Part shown: one piece after another, positions 29,780 through 39,558 of the stretch | Numbering within the stretch: position 1 is the stretch's first letter | Layout: each line of letters starts with the position of its first letter | Assembly: GCA_965248835.1 (NCBI GenBank) | Contig: CBDFLJ010000002.1 | Location: 640,001 to 704,000 of the forward strand | DNA: 64,000 bases | DNA from: Alphaproteobacteria bacterium | GTDB lineage: Bacteria; Pseudomonadota; Alphaproteobacteria; MPNO01 | Direction of reading: 5' to 3' | Notes under the pieces: generated by a model | The model's input: the letters and a program-made list of their open reading frames with translations, nothing else | What the model was told of the DNA's origin: nothing | Database searches by the model: none | Translations under genes and position numbers: made by a program

Positions 29780-30802
29780 TTGGCGGATTTGGAAGGGCTG
29801 AAACGCCTGTCCCGGAAGATCGGACGCGACCCCACGCTGGTGCAGGGCGCCGGTGGCAACACCTCGATCAAGGACGGCCCGCATCTCTACGTCAAGGCGT
29901 CGGGTTTGTGGCTGAAGGACGCTTGCGACAGGGTCATGTTCACCTGTGTCGACCGCGACCGCCTGTCGCGCACGATCGGCGAGGGCGCGGACGACGTCGA
30001 ACTGGCTTCATGCGTGGTCGATGCGAAGGGCGCGCCGCTCAAACCGTCGATCGAGACGACCATGCACGCGGCGCTTCCCCATCGCGTCGTGGTTCACACC
30101 CATTCGGTGAACGCCATCGCCATCGCCATCCGCTGTGACGCGAAGGCCGTCCTGGGCGAGAAACTGGCGGGCCTGAAGTGGGCGTGGGTGCCCTACGCCC
30201 GGCCCGGCATGCCGTTGACGCGGCGAATTCACGCCGTCCTCGCCGGAGCGCCCGACATCCTCGTGCTCGGCAACCATGGCGTCGTGATCGGCGCCGAGGA
30301 TTGCGCGGCCGCGGAGGCGCTGGTGGATGAGGTCGAACGCCGGCTTGCGGCAACCTTGCGGGTGGCGCCCCCAGCGGACATCGCGGAGTTGCGCGCGCTT
30401 GCCGCGGGCACCCGATATTGGCCGTGCGAACCCGAGGAGGGGCACGGTATCGCCACCGACCCCGACTCTCTGCGCATCGCCGCCCGGGGTTCGTTGTACC
30501 CCGATCACGTGGTGTTTCTCGGACCCGCCGCGCCGGTCGTGGACGCGGGCACGGCACTCGGCGAATGGCTCGTGGCCAGGCGCGGTAAGGGATTCGACGA
30601 TCCGGCCATCGCACTGGTCGCGGGCATGGGCCTGCTGACGCGTGACGATCTCTCGGAGAGCGGCGCGGCGATGGTTCACTGTCTGGCCCTGGTGCTGCAG
30701 CGTACGCCGGCGTCCGCGCCGATCGAATTTCTGACCCCGGAGGACGAGCGGGCGCTGTTGGGGTGGGACGCCGAAACATACCGTAGGTCCGTGTCCCACT
30801 GA
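29780..30802 (+). CDS. Class II aldolase/adducin-family protein (RhaD-like domain)
   Basis: VQGAGGNTSIK, VKASG, PSIET.MH, VHTH, LGNHG, PDHVVFLG. Confidence 0.85.
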   Translation: MADLEGLKRLSRKIGRDPTLVQGAGGNTSIKDGPHLYVKASGLWLKDACDRVMFTCVDRDRLSRTIGEGADDVELASCVVDAKGAPLKPSIETTMHAALPHRVVVHTHSVNAIAIAIRCDAKAVLGEKLAGLKWAWVPYARPGMPLTRRIHAVLAGAPDILVLGNHGVVIGAEDCAAAEALVDEVERRLAATLRVAPPADIAELRALAAGTRYWPCEPEEGHGIATDPDSLRIAARGSLYPDHVVFLGPAAPVVDAGTALGEWLVARRGKGFDDPAIALVAGMGLLTRDDLSESGAAMVHCLALVLQRTPASAPIEFLTPEDERALLGWDAETYRRSVSH

Positions 30803-30847
30803 ACCGTGCAACACGCGCGGCCGGCGCGCGCGAGGGACAGCCAGTCG

Positions 30848-32506
30848 ATGCAGATCATTATTCCGATGTCCGGTTTCGGCGAGCGTTTCCGGCGGGCCGG
30901 CTACGCCCTTCCCAAGCCGCTGATCGAGGTCGATGGCAAACCGGTCATCGCTCATGTGGTCGACCTTTTCCCCGGTGAGGCGAATTTTCTCTTCATATGC
31001 AACCGGGACCACCTGGAAACGCCGGGGTTCCGCATGACCGATACCCTCGAGCGCTACTGTCCCGGCGCCCGCATTCGCGGCATCTCGCCCCACAAACTGG
31101 GGCCGGTGCACGCGGTGATGCAGGTCGCCGACGACATCGATCCCGATGAGCCGGCAATCGTGAACTACTGCGATTTCGCCTGCTACTGGGACTATAGCGA
31201 CTTCAAATCGTTCGTCGGCGAAACGCGGTGTCACGGGGCCTTGCCCGCGTATCGCCATTTTCACCCTCATTTGCTCGGATCGACCTATTACGCGTTCATG
31301 CGCGAAACCGAAGGGTGGATGACAGATATTCAGGAAAAACAACCGTTTACGGATAATCCGATTGACGAGTTCGCGTCCAGCGGCACCTACTACTTCGCGT
31401 CGGGCGCGCTGATCAAGGCGTATTTCGCCGAGACCATGCGACAAGACCTGACGGTGGGAGACGAGTTTTACGCAAGCCTCGTCTACAAGCCGATGATCGC
31501 CGACGGACTCGACATCGCCGTGTACGAGTTGCAGCACTTCATGCAGTGGGGAACGCCGGAAGACTTGCGCGAGTACCAGCGCTGGTCGGCGACCTTCGCG
31601 CGTCTGGCAAGCGAAGACGCCACGCCGGCGGCCCGCCACGGCGGTAGCCTGCTGATGCCGATGGCTGGATTGGGAAAGCGCTTCAGCGACGCGGGATACG
31701 CCACGCCCAAACCGCTGATCCCGGTATCGGGCCTACCCATGGCGGTGCAGGCGACGCGCGACCTGCCTTCGGCGCCGGCGACCCGGTTCGTGCTGCGCTA
31801 CGACCTGCCGGAGCGCGAGACCATAGAGGCCGAGCTCGCCCGTTCGGTCCCGGGCAGTTCGGTCCGGGTGCTCGACGGCCTCACCGACGGGCAGGCGCGT
31901 AGCTGTCTGTTCGGGCTCGACGGCCTCGAACTCGACGCGCCCCTGACAATCGGCGCCTGCGACAACGGCCTGCTGTACGACGCCGGCGTATTCGCCGGTC
32001 TGATCGACGATCCCGACACCGATGTCCTCGTCTGGGTGGCGCGCGGCCACCCGCAGGCGATCCGGCGCCCGGAAATGTTCGGCTGGGTTGACGCCGACGC
32101 GGACGGACTGATCCGGGGCGTCTCGGTGAAGACGCCCCTCGCCGCCCCGGCCGCCGACCCGATCATCACCGGCGCCTTCACTTTCGGACGGGCACGCGAT
32201 TTCATCGCCGCCGCCGAGCGGATGATCAGACGGAACGCCCGCATCAACGGCGAGTTCTATGTCGACACCGCGATCGAGGACGCGATGGTCCTCGGCCTGC
32301 GCTGCCGCATTTTCGAGGTCGACCACTACCTCGGGTGGGGGACGCCGGACGACCTGAAGACCTTCGAGTACTGGCAATCCTGCTTCCACAAATGGCCGTC
32401 GCATCCCTACCGGCTGGAGCACGACAAGCGCGTCCCGGCGCGCGCGGTGTCGGTGCTCGACCGCCGTTACGCCACGCGCAGGCCCTCGCGTCCGGTCCGC
32501 CGGTAA
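30848..32506 (+). CDS. Two-domain sugar-phosphate nucleotidyltransferase-like protein (BcbE-like x2)
   Basis: IPMSGFGERF...PKPLI and MPMAGLGKRF...PKPLI; each half ends in EFY...WGTP(E/D)DL. Confidence 0.85.
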   Translation: MQIIIPMSGFGERFRRAGYALPKPLIEVDGKPVIAHVVDLFPGEANFLFICNRDHLETPGFRMTDTLERYCPGARIRGISPHKLGPVHAVMQVADDIDPDEPAIVNYCDFACYWDYSDFKSFVGETRCHGALPAYRHFHPHLLGSTYYAFMRETEGWMTDIQEKQPFTDNPIDEFASSGTYYFASGALIKAYFAETMRQDLTVGDEFYASLVYKPMIADGLDIAVYELQHFMQWGTPEDLREYQRWSATFARLASEDATPAARHGGSLLMPMAGLGKRFSDAGYATPKPLIPVSGLPMAVQATRDLPSAPATRFVLRYDLPERETIEAELARSVPGSSVRVLDGLTDGQARSCLFGLDGLELDAPLTIGACDNGLLYDAGVFAGLIDDPDTDVLVWVARGHPQAIRRPEMFGWVDADADGLIRGVSVKTPLAAPAADPIITGAFTFGRARDFIAAAERMIRRNARINGEFYVDTAIEDAMVLGLRCRIFEVDHYLGWGTPDDLKTFEYWQSCFHKWPSHPYRLEHDKRVPARAVSVLDRRYATRRPSRPVRR

Positions 32507-32883
32507 CGCGCCGTGGGCACCGGCCGGCAAGTCAACCTGTTCATCGCGATCGGCGTCGCCATGGTCTTCGTCGACCTGGCGACTTACCGGTCGCTGTTGT
32601 GGGGCGGTCTCGGTATCGACCTCGCGAAGGGGATCGGATACTGCGTCGGCACGATCTGCGCCTATTCCGACAGACCCCACACAAGGGCAGCCAAGCCAAA
32701 CGCTTACCGGTCGTCGTCAGTTCCGTGGGTTGAACCGGCATACCGGCGGCGGCCGCGACCGACTTTGCCACTGGTGTCACGCTGAGGCCGATGACGGCCG
32801 CGAGGGACATCGCGCGCGCCCGCAATTGAGGACGGCGGCTTGTCCGCCCACGGTCGGCCGAGAACCGCCGGCCGTCGGAAAAC

Positions 32884-33690
32884 CTACGTCTTTGTCAGGA
32901 CGACACGGCGCGCCATGGCGAAGGTATTTGGCGACAATCGGCACAATCCGTCATCGATGATCTTTACGAACTCGAGAATCCGCATTGGGAGCTCGACGAC
33001 CCGCCGTTTCGAAATCACGCCACCCGACAATGGAAATAGAAAACACTCATCAGGCTGGTTGAGAACAACTTCGAGGCCCGGGAAGTTCCGCTCGAACGTT
33101 CGGGAATTCCGGAAGAGAAGGTAAGGCACGGCGCAATTCGCCGACCACGGGTCGTCGGAATTGTTTGCAATTCTCTCTCCGTCGAACGGGTCGACATCAA
33201 ACGACCACCCTTCGTGCCGCATGAGGCGGAGCAGCAGTTGCAGAAAAAAACTAATATTGACATCGTGGATGATTATTCTGCCATTCTTCTTCAGAGAGAA
33301 ATACAATGAATCGAAAAATATCTTTGGTTTTGCAACGTGATGTATCATATGTGAACAAATAAATACGTCGACACTAGAGGGTTCGAATGGAAGATCGAGC
33401 GCGTCGACGATTTCGTCTACCCATTCGTACTTTATGACATCGGTGAGGATCATATTCTCATGGTCAATGAAGAATCTCGAGAAACCCGCACCACAGCCCA
33501 GTTCGACGACCCTGTCCCCAGCGTAGATGTGGTCGTTCATCCATTTGTACCGGTTCATTAGGAGGAAATGCAAATTTTTGGTGCGGTGACTTTCAAATAT
33601 TCTTCGGGCATTTGTTACATCGCCCTCGTGTTCCATGAGGTTTTCCTCATGACGCGGGAAATACCTATCCGCCAGCTTTAGGAGAGGCAT
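32884..33690 (-). CDS. Class I SAM-dependent methyltransferase (passenger, AT-rich)
   Basis: VVELGCGAG, DALDLPF, SHMIHHV. Confidence 0.85.
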   Translation of the reverse strand: MPLLKLADRYFPRHEENLMEHEGDVTNARRIFESHRTKNLHFLLMNRYKWMNDHIYAGDRVVELGCGAGFSRFFIDHENMILTDVIKYEWVDEIVDALDLPFEPSSVDVFICSHMIHHVAKPKIFFDSLYFSLKKNGRIIIHDVNISFFLQLLLRLMRHEGWSFDVDPFDGERIANNSDDPWSANCAVPYLLFRNSRTFERNFPGLEVVLNQPDECFLFPLSGGVISKRRVVELPMRILEFVKIIDDGLCRLSPNTFAMARRVVLTKT

Positions 33691-34497
33691 TTTATGTCGT
33701 GCCCCAAAAGGCCCAAGTCGCGATCTCCATGCCCGGTAATCGCAACGTCCGGTGATCGTTGCGCCGTCGTAACGCATACCGCTTCAGGACGCACCCCAGT
33801 ATTTTCCGCGAATCGCAAGTAGGTGGCGGCCGCATGCTGGTCAGGCGCCTGGCAAGCACCGGACCCTGAACACCGGGGACGCGTGTTCCTTCGAACCCGA
33901 CGATCTTCAATTCCAAACGCCTGAAAAGACGAAGCCCGGAAACAGACGCCCGACGGCATCGGGCACCCGCTCGCGCCAGGCCGGCACATTCAAAATCAGC
34001 GACAGGATGAATAGATCGGGTCAGGTCTTCCATGGACTCCAATTCGCCTGATTCCTCCTATGCGACCGACATCTGGTCCGCGGGTCCGCGGAACCGCCGG
34101 GGGCTGGGCTCGGCGCTGTAAACAGAAGCCGGTGCGGCGCACGCAAAGACCACGTTAATCCGACATTCCCCAGATGACTCCCAAACTCGGTCCCGATGGT
34201 AGCAGAAGAGGTCCCATCCTAGAACCATGAACGGCATTTCTGCCCGGCGCATTGAGTTTTCGACCGCCGGATCGGCTTTGACAGCCCAATCCCGCCCGAT
34301 TTCCTCCGCTCCGGACACACGTCTCCGTCCGTCATCTCGGTTTTTCCTCCGTTCAGGCCGTTGCCGGGGATGGTCGCCACAGTCCGTCGATCAATCCCAG
34401 GATGCTTCGGAACAGATCGCGGGACACGGCCACTTCGGCCATCTGGAACGTAACGTAGCGGCCATGGCTGACGACCTTGGCCCCGATCTTGACCACC

Positions 34498-34520
34498 CTT
34501 GATCGGCTTTGCCGCTCAAG
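34498..34520. repeat. 23-nt hairpin CTTGATCGGCTTTGCCGCTCAAG
   Basis: Read directly; creates an in-frame TGA in the transposase. Confidence 0.85.
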
Positions 34521-34762
34521 CCCGGATTGTGGTCAGCGAACGGTGCTCCACCTCCTTCGGCAACGCCAGGGTCCGCATGAAGTTGGCGAGGTTGTATGCC
34601 AGGGCGTGAAGTTGCAGCCGGACCTCGTTGTTGCGGAACTTGCGACACGACAACCGGGTCCACTTGATGGCGTTCTTGCCCTCCTTGATCCACTGTTCCG
34701 CCGTGCCCCGATGATTATAGAAGGCGACGACCCGTTCGGCCTTGCGGCTCAGGTTGGTAACG

Positions 34763-34785
34763 CTTGAGCCGCGAAGCGGATCAAG
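34763..34785. repeat. 23-nt hairpin CTTGAGCCGCGAAGCGGATCAAG
   Basis: Read directly; opposite-orientation relative of 34498-34520. Confidence 0.85.
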
Positions 34786-36077
34786 CCCGACGCGGGGATA
34801 CAATTCTCCGGGATCCATTCGACCTTGGCGACCACCCGGCGTTTTCTGCCCCACGATCCGGCTTGGTAGCTGAAGCTGGCATACTGACGGCGAACATGGT
34901 TGAGCGGGCGTCCGACCGGGCGACGGAGCAGATGGGCGATGCTCTCCTGGAGAACCTTGTTGGCGGGCAGGCGGATCGCGTAGAGCACGCTCTCGACTTC
35001 GAGGTATTCGTAGATGTCCGGCGAGGCGAAGGCCGCATCGCCTCGGAAATAGAGCCGAACCTGCCGTTCCTTGTAGCGTTCCACGACCGGGGCCAGGACA
35101 TCCCACCATCCGTTGGCACTGTGGACATTGCCGGGACGCAGGCGGCATCGTTCCAAGTCGCCCATGTGATTGAACAGAACAGGGGATGGTAGCAGGTGCA
35201 GCCGAAGTGACGGTTATAGGCTGTCCCTTCCTGGTCGCCGTAGATCGGGCTGACGCTGGAACCCATGTCGAGGATCACCTTCTTCGGTGGGTGGCGGTCA
35301 TGAACTCGGTCGATCCAAGCCCCGGACAGGTCGGCAAGAGCAGCGATGTTATCATCCGTCGCCAGAAATTCCGTCTCGAAGCGTCCCATCTGGCTCGCGG
35401 ACGCCGCCTGCTTGGCGACGGCATTCCCGCCGACGATCCATCGCATGGCCGGATCACGCCCAAGGCGGTCAGCATCGTTCACGTCTTCGTAACCGCCGAG
35501 GCGACCGAAGGTCGATTGGTGGAACAGCCCGGTCATCCCATGCTGACCGTTCTTGCCGGTTCGCGGGTCCGCTAAACGTCCCCCGGCGACTTCGGTCAAG
35601 CCAAGTGCATCATCGAGTTCCCGGAAGGGAAGGAGGCCCGCATCCGATGTGACCTTCGAGCCATTGAACTCCAGCTTCAGCCGACGGTCAATATCGAGCC
35701 GCAGCACCTCCCGTTTCGCTTTCACCCATCGGATGGGCCATTCCTTCTTCCCCATTCCGATAACAACCCATTGATTCTTAGATCAGAATCTCGCCACAGC
35801 GTTATCAAGGCGTTGCTTAATCTGGGGAATAGGGGCTATTTCCTCAACCGGCGCTTCACGTTCCGCGCCAAAGGGGGCCGAAGAGCTTCGTCGCCTACGT
35901 CATGCTGTACGTCGTCACTCTCGGGCTCAACGTCGCGGCCAACGCCGGCGTCCTCCACCTGCTCCCGTTCGACGGTGAAATCGCGCTCGCCATCGCCTAT
36001 GTGTTCGCCACTGGTCTGGCCGCGGCGACCAATTTCCTCGGTTTGAAATACGTCGTGTTCCGCTCGCCGCGCGTCGG

Positions 36078-36842
36078 CTAAACCGCGTGGCGGTCGGCGA
36101 AGAGGTCGCGCAGCAGCGGCCGCAGCTCGGCGAAATGGTCGAACACCAGATCGGGACCGTGGTCGCCGCTAAGCACCTCGACGCCCTTGTGGCGTTTCTG
36201 CAGCGTGGCGGCGCCGATCGCCGCGCGGGCGCCCTGGATGTCGTTCACCGCGTGGTCGCCAATCATCCAGAACGGACCGGTGTTGGGTTCGAGCTTCGCC
36301 AGCGAAAGCAGGAACGGCGCCGCGTTTGGCTTGTCGAAGCCGGCTTCCTCGGACGTCACCATGTAGTCGAAATAATGGTCGAGCCCCCAGTACACGATCT
36401 TGCGAAACTGAATCTGGGCGGTGAGGTCGGTGACAACCACGGTGGTGATATCGGCCAATCGCAAATCGTCGAGGAAGTTCTTGACCTCGGGGAAGAGGCG
36501 CGCGGTGCCCAGGAAGGTCCGCCAATAGGTCTGCTCGAAGTCGAGCGCGAGAAGCGTCTGGGTTCGCAGGCCGAGGATCTCCAGCATGCGCTGAAAATAG
36601 AGCAGGCGGCTGTGCGCGCTGGCGGTGCCCTCGAGGCGTTCCTTCACCCGTCGCCGGGCTTCGCGGTAGGCCTCGTCGAACTCGGCGCCGGAAAGGTTGA
36701 GCATGCGGTTTGCCTTGGCGCGCGTCGCATCAAGCGCTGCCGCATGCGCCGGATCGTAGGCGTAGAGCGTATTGTCCGTATCGAAGAGGACGATCGCCGG
36801 GGGCCCGGCGAATGCTTCGGAGCGGCGCATGGAAAGGGTCAC
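36078..36842 (-). CDS. HAD-family hydrolase/phosphatase
   Basis: FDTDNTLY, VVTD, KP, MIGD...ND; GTGA overlap with the upstream gene. Confidence 0.88.
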   Translation of the reverse strand: MTLSMRRSEAFAGPPAIVLFDTDNTLYAYDPAHAAALDATRAKANRMLNLSGAEFDEAYREARRRVKERLEGTASAHSRLLYFQRMLEILGLRTQTLLALDFEQTYWRTFLGTARLFPEVKNFLDDLRLADITTVVVTDLTAQIQFRKIVYWGLDHYFDYMVTSEEAGFDKPNAAPFLLSLAKLEPNTGPFWMIGDHAVNDIQGARAAIGAATLQKRHKGVEVLSGDHGPDLVFDHFAELRPLLRDLFADRHAV

Positions 36843-38914
36843 AGCCGCCTCTCCTGCAAGGCGCGTACGGCCTGGGTGAGGACAAACAGCTGCATGACAC
36901 CGGACACGCCGGCGCGCCACTTCGGGCGCAAGTCGAGCAGCTCGTCGAGCTGCGGCACGAGGGCGGCGGCCGAAACGGCGATGTCCTCGGCGTCGGCCTC
37001 GCCCTCGACCCAGATTTCCACACCGCCCGTGTCCTTGTGCATAAGGACCTCGACATGCATGCCGCAGACGGCGATCAACGACCGTACCAGCTGCTCGTAG
37101 TGCGCGCCCGTGGGCATCAGGATGCGCAGCTTGAGCGCGGGATCGCGGCCGCCGCCCGCGTCCCGCAAGAGATCGGGGTGGAGCGGATGCAGCGAAAGGA
37201 CCAGGTCCGCCGCCTTCGCCTGGGGCGAGACGAAATGGGCGCCGTCGGGCTCGCGCTTCTCGAGCGACGCGATAACCGTCTCCTGTGACGCGCCACGTTC
37301 CTCGATGTCCCTCCGCGCCTTCAGGTAGCGCCGCAGGGCGGGATGCATGTCAAGAAAGACGCGCAAATCGTAGTGCCGGTTCAACTCGGGGGAATAGAGC
37401 GCGTGAAGACCGCTGGCAACGACAACGTCGTTGCGGTGGATGAGGCGCGGCTTGCTGCTGTGGCCGGTCGCGTGGTCGTAATGGCGGTTGCGCACCGACC
37501 TGCCGGCCATCAGTTGGACGACATCCTGATTGAACTGGTAGAGGTCGTTTGCCTGGGGGTTGAGATGGGTGAGCACCTTCCACATCGGCTGACGCCGGTC
37601 CCAGTTGTGGTAGTCGTCGCCGGAGATGCGGGCGACAGAGTGGGCGCCGAAAAGTCCTTCGATCGAGTCGGCGAGGGTATCCTTGCCCGTGCCGCTGTCG
37701 CCGGCGATTCCGATGGCCAAAGGCCGCCGGCTCAGGATGTAGTAGTCGTTGTGCAAGATGCCTTCGCGGGCCATCTGATAGCCGAGCATCGCGCCGGTCG
37801 CGACCATGAGAGAAAGGATCAGCGACGGCACCCGCTCCGACGCCGCCGGCAGCGACCCGATCACCGGCGACCGCAGATCGACCCCGAGCAAGGGGATCGC
37901 CGCACCGCTCGCTTCGAGCAGGTTCAAGGCGACGTAGAGGACGGTGAATATCGCCATTAGCACCTTTCCAGTCAGGCCGCTCTTGGTCTGGTAGTTGACC
38001 AGGAACGGCATCACCCACAGGAACCAGCCGGGCGACGCGGGGGTCAGCAGCAAGAGCACGAAGAAGCCGATACCCAGTAGCGCGAGAAGCAGATCGAAGC
38101 TGATCCGCCCGATCCGCCACGCCACGAACAAAACCACCAGATACACCAGCGGTATCAGATAGATGTTCAGCCCGCCCCCGAGCGTGATCGCCATCGCGTA
38201 GAGCTTGTCCATCTGCGGCGTCTGCAACACCATCGATCGGAAACCGTCCGACAGCAGATACGGCCCCATGACCAGCGCGGCGACCGCGGCGCCGGCCGCC
38301 GCATAGCGCGGCGCCAACCCGCGCAGCCGGTTGCTGTTGGCGAGGTAGACCAGGACGAACGGCGCGGCAGCCGCCATGCTCAGCTTGGCCGCCATCGCGA
38401 GGCCGATCATCGCGCCCGACGCCGCGACCCGCAGTCGCGACATCAGCACCAGCGAGAAGACCATCAGCAGGACTGGGACAATATCGAGCTGGCCGTGCCA
38501 GTAGCAGATGTAGATGACGATCGGCGACAGCCAATAGAGCGCGAGGACCTGTCCGGGCTTCTCGGGCACCAGCCGGTTGAGCGCGGCGTACAGCAGATAA
38601 TCATACAGCAGAACCGCGAAGCCGAGCCCCACCGCGCCGCCGGACTTCCCCAGGATCGAGTCGGCGAGCGCGCCGAGCAACACCGCCGGCGCGAGCATGA
38701 CGACGTAGACCGGGCCGTAGGGGAATGCGAACGGATTGCCGCCCCGCCCCAGATGCGCCGTCCAGAAATCCAGGCCGCCGCCCGCGGCCACGGATGCGAG
38801 AAACGGCACGAACCACTCCCCGTAGGTCTGCGGCACGACCAGCACGACCAGCGCCACCCGAAGCGCCAAGCCGGCGGTAAACAGGGATCCGCGCAACCCG
38901 TCGACCGCCATCAC
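36839..38914 (-). CDS. Fusion: GT-C-like polytopic membrane domain + phosphoribulokinase/uridine-kinase domain
   Basis: FPYGP, YWLSP, HGQLD, many TMs; C-terminal GIAGDSGTGKDT, GDDYH, YDHATG, GLH, RRDIEERG. Confidence 0.8.
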   Translation of the reverse strand: MMAVDGLRGSLFTAGLALRVALVVLVVPQTYGEWFVPFLASVAAGGGLDFWTAHLGRGGNPFAFPYGPVYVVMLAPAVLLGALADSILGKSGGAVGLGFAVLLYDYLLYAALNRLVPEKPGQVLALYWLSPIVIYICYWHGQLDIVPVLLMVFSLVLMSRLRVAASGAMIGLAMAAKLSMAAAAPFVLVYLANSNRLRGLAPRYAAAGAAVAALVMGPYLLSDGFRSMVLQTPQMDKLYAMAITLGGGLNIYLIPLVYLVVLFVAWRIGRISFDLLLALLGIGFFVLLLLTPASPGWFLWVMPFLVNYQTKSGLTGKVLMAIFTVLYVALNLLEASGAAIPLLGVDLRSPVIGSLPAASERVPSLILSLMVATGAMLGYQMAREGILHNDYYILSRRPLAIGIAGDSGTGKDTLADSIEGLFGAHSVARISGDDYHNWDRRQPMWKVLTHLNPQANDLYQFNQDVVQLMAGRSVRNRHYDHATGHSSKPRLIHRNDVVVASGLHALYSPELNRHYDLRVFLDMHPALRRYLKARRDIEERGASQETVIASLEKREPDGAHFVSPQAKAADLVLSLHPLHPDLLRDAGGGRDPALKLRILMPTGAHYEQLVRSLIAVCGMHVEVLMHKDTGGVEIWVEGEADAEDIAVSAAALVPQLDELLDLRPKWRAGVSGVMQLFVLTQAVRALQERRL

Positions 38915-39498
38915 CGCCACCTCTCGGGCGTCTTCGTGCACACCGCGTCGGCGGTGATGCCCTGCCCGGCGAGAATCGCGCGCAGAGCCTCGACATCCTC
39001 GGCGGAGATGCGTCCCTGCAGCTCGGGCGACACCAGGCAGAGCTTGAAACCCGCCGCCCGAAGCCTGTCCGCCGACTCCCTGTTCAGCGGAAACCGCGAA
39101 AAACAGTCGACCCACACCCAGTCCACCATGCCGCCGAGGCCGAGCGCGGTATCGACCGATTCGAACTCCGACACCCGCACCGCGCAGCGGCTTTCGCCCC
39201 GTCGTGCGGTGCGGACCAGGAACGGAAACGACTGATCGAGGAAGAAAAAGTCGTCGATGCCGTGGCGACGCATCAGGTCGAGCAAGCGGTCCTCAAGCCC
39301 CTCTTCCTTGACGTTGAGGATCAGCGTGCCGTGACGGTACGACTCGAGCCATTCCTCGAACGCGTCGCCTTCGACGAACGGATCGTGGTGCGTGACCAGA
39401 CGATCACCGAAGCTGCGGATGTCGACCTCGATCCCCAGCGAGGGCGGCGTCGCGGCAAGCTCGGCGATGGCGTTGCGGCGGTGCCGTATGATCTGCAC
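38911..39498 (-). CDS. PI-PLC/GDPD-like phosphodiesterase
   Basis: IRHRRN, GIEVDIR, HHDPF, LNVKEEG, AVCTK. Confidence 0.75.
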   Translation of the reverse strand: MQIIRHRRNAIAELAATPPSLGIEVDIRSFGDRLVTHHDPFVEGDAFEEWLESYRHGTLILNVKEEGLEDRLLDLMRRHGIDDFFFLDQSFPFLVRTARRGESRCAVRVSEFESVDTALGLGGMVDWVWVDCFSRFPLNRESADRLRAAGFKLCLVSPELQGRISAEDVEALRAILAGQGITADAVCTKTPERWR

Positions 39499-39558
39499 GC
39501 GGCGCTTCCTTCGTCGATGGCGGTTCCGGGCGCATGATAATAGGCATGTCCGTCGCCC

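Larger units (their letters stand above)
32667..35835 (-). mobile_element. IS1380 transposition unit (IS plus 1.5-kb passenger)
   Basis: 5-bp direct repeat CTATT at 32662 and 35836; alternative end CCGACAGACCCCACA resembles true IR CCGACATTCCCCAGA. Confidence 0.8.
34160..35835 (-). mobile_element. IS1380-family element, transposase pseudogenised
   Basis: VTSDAGLL, YEDVNDAD, FRGDAAFA, RGTAEQWIKEGK; IRs CCGACATTCCCCAGAT / ATCTGGGGAATAGGGG; several frameshifts. Confidence 0.9.
32513..36081 (+). pseudogene. gtrA: GtrA-family flippase split by a 3.17-kb insertion (halves 32513-32666 and 35836-36081)
   Basis: Rejoined at CTATT it reads ...GTICAYFLNRRFTF...; after a 1-nt shift in a G-run it continues to TNFLGLKYVVF. 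Confidence 0.85.
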
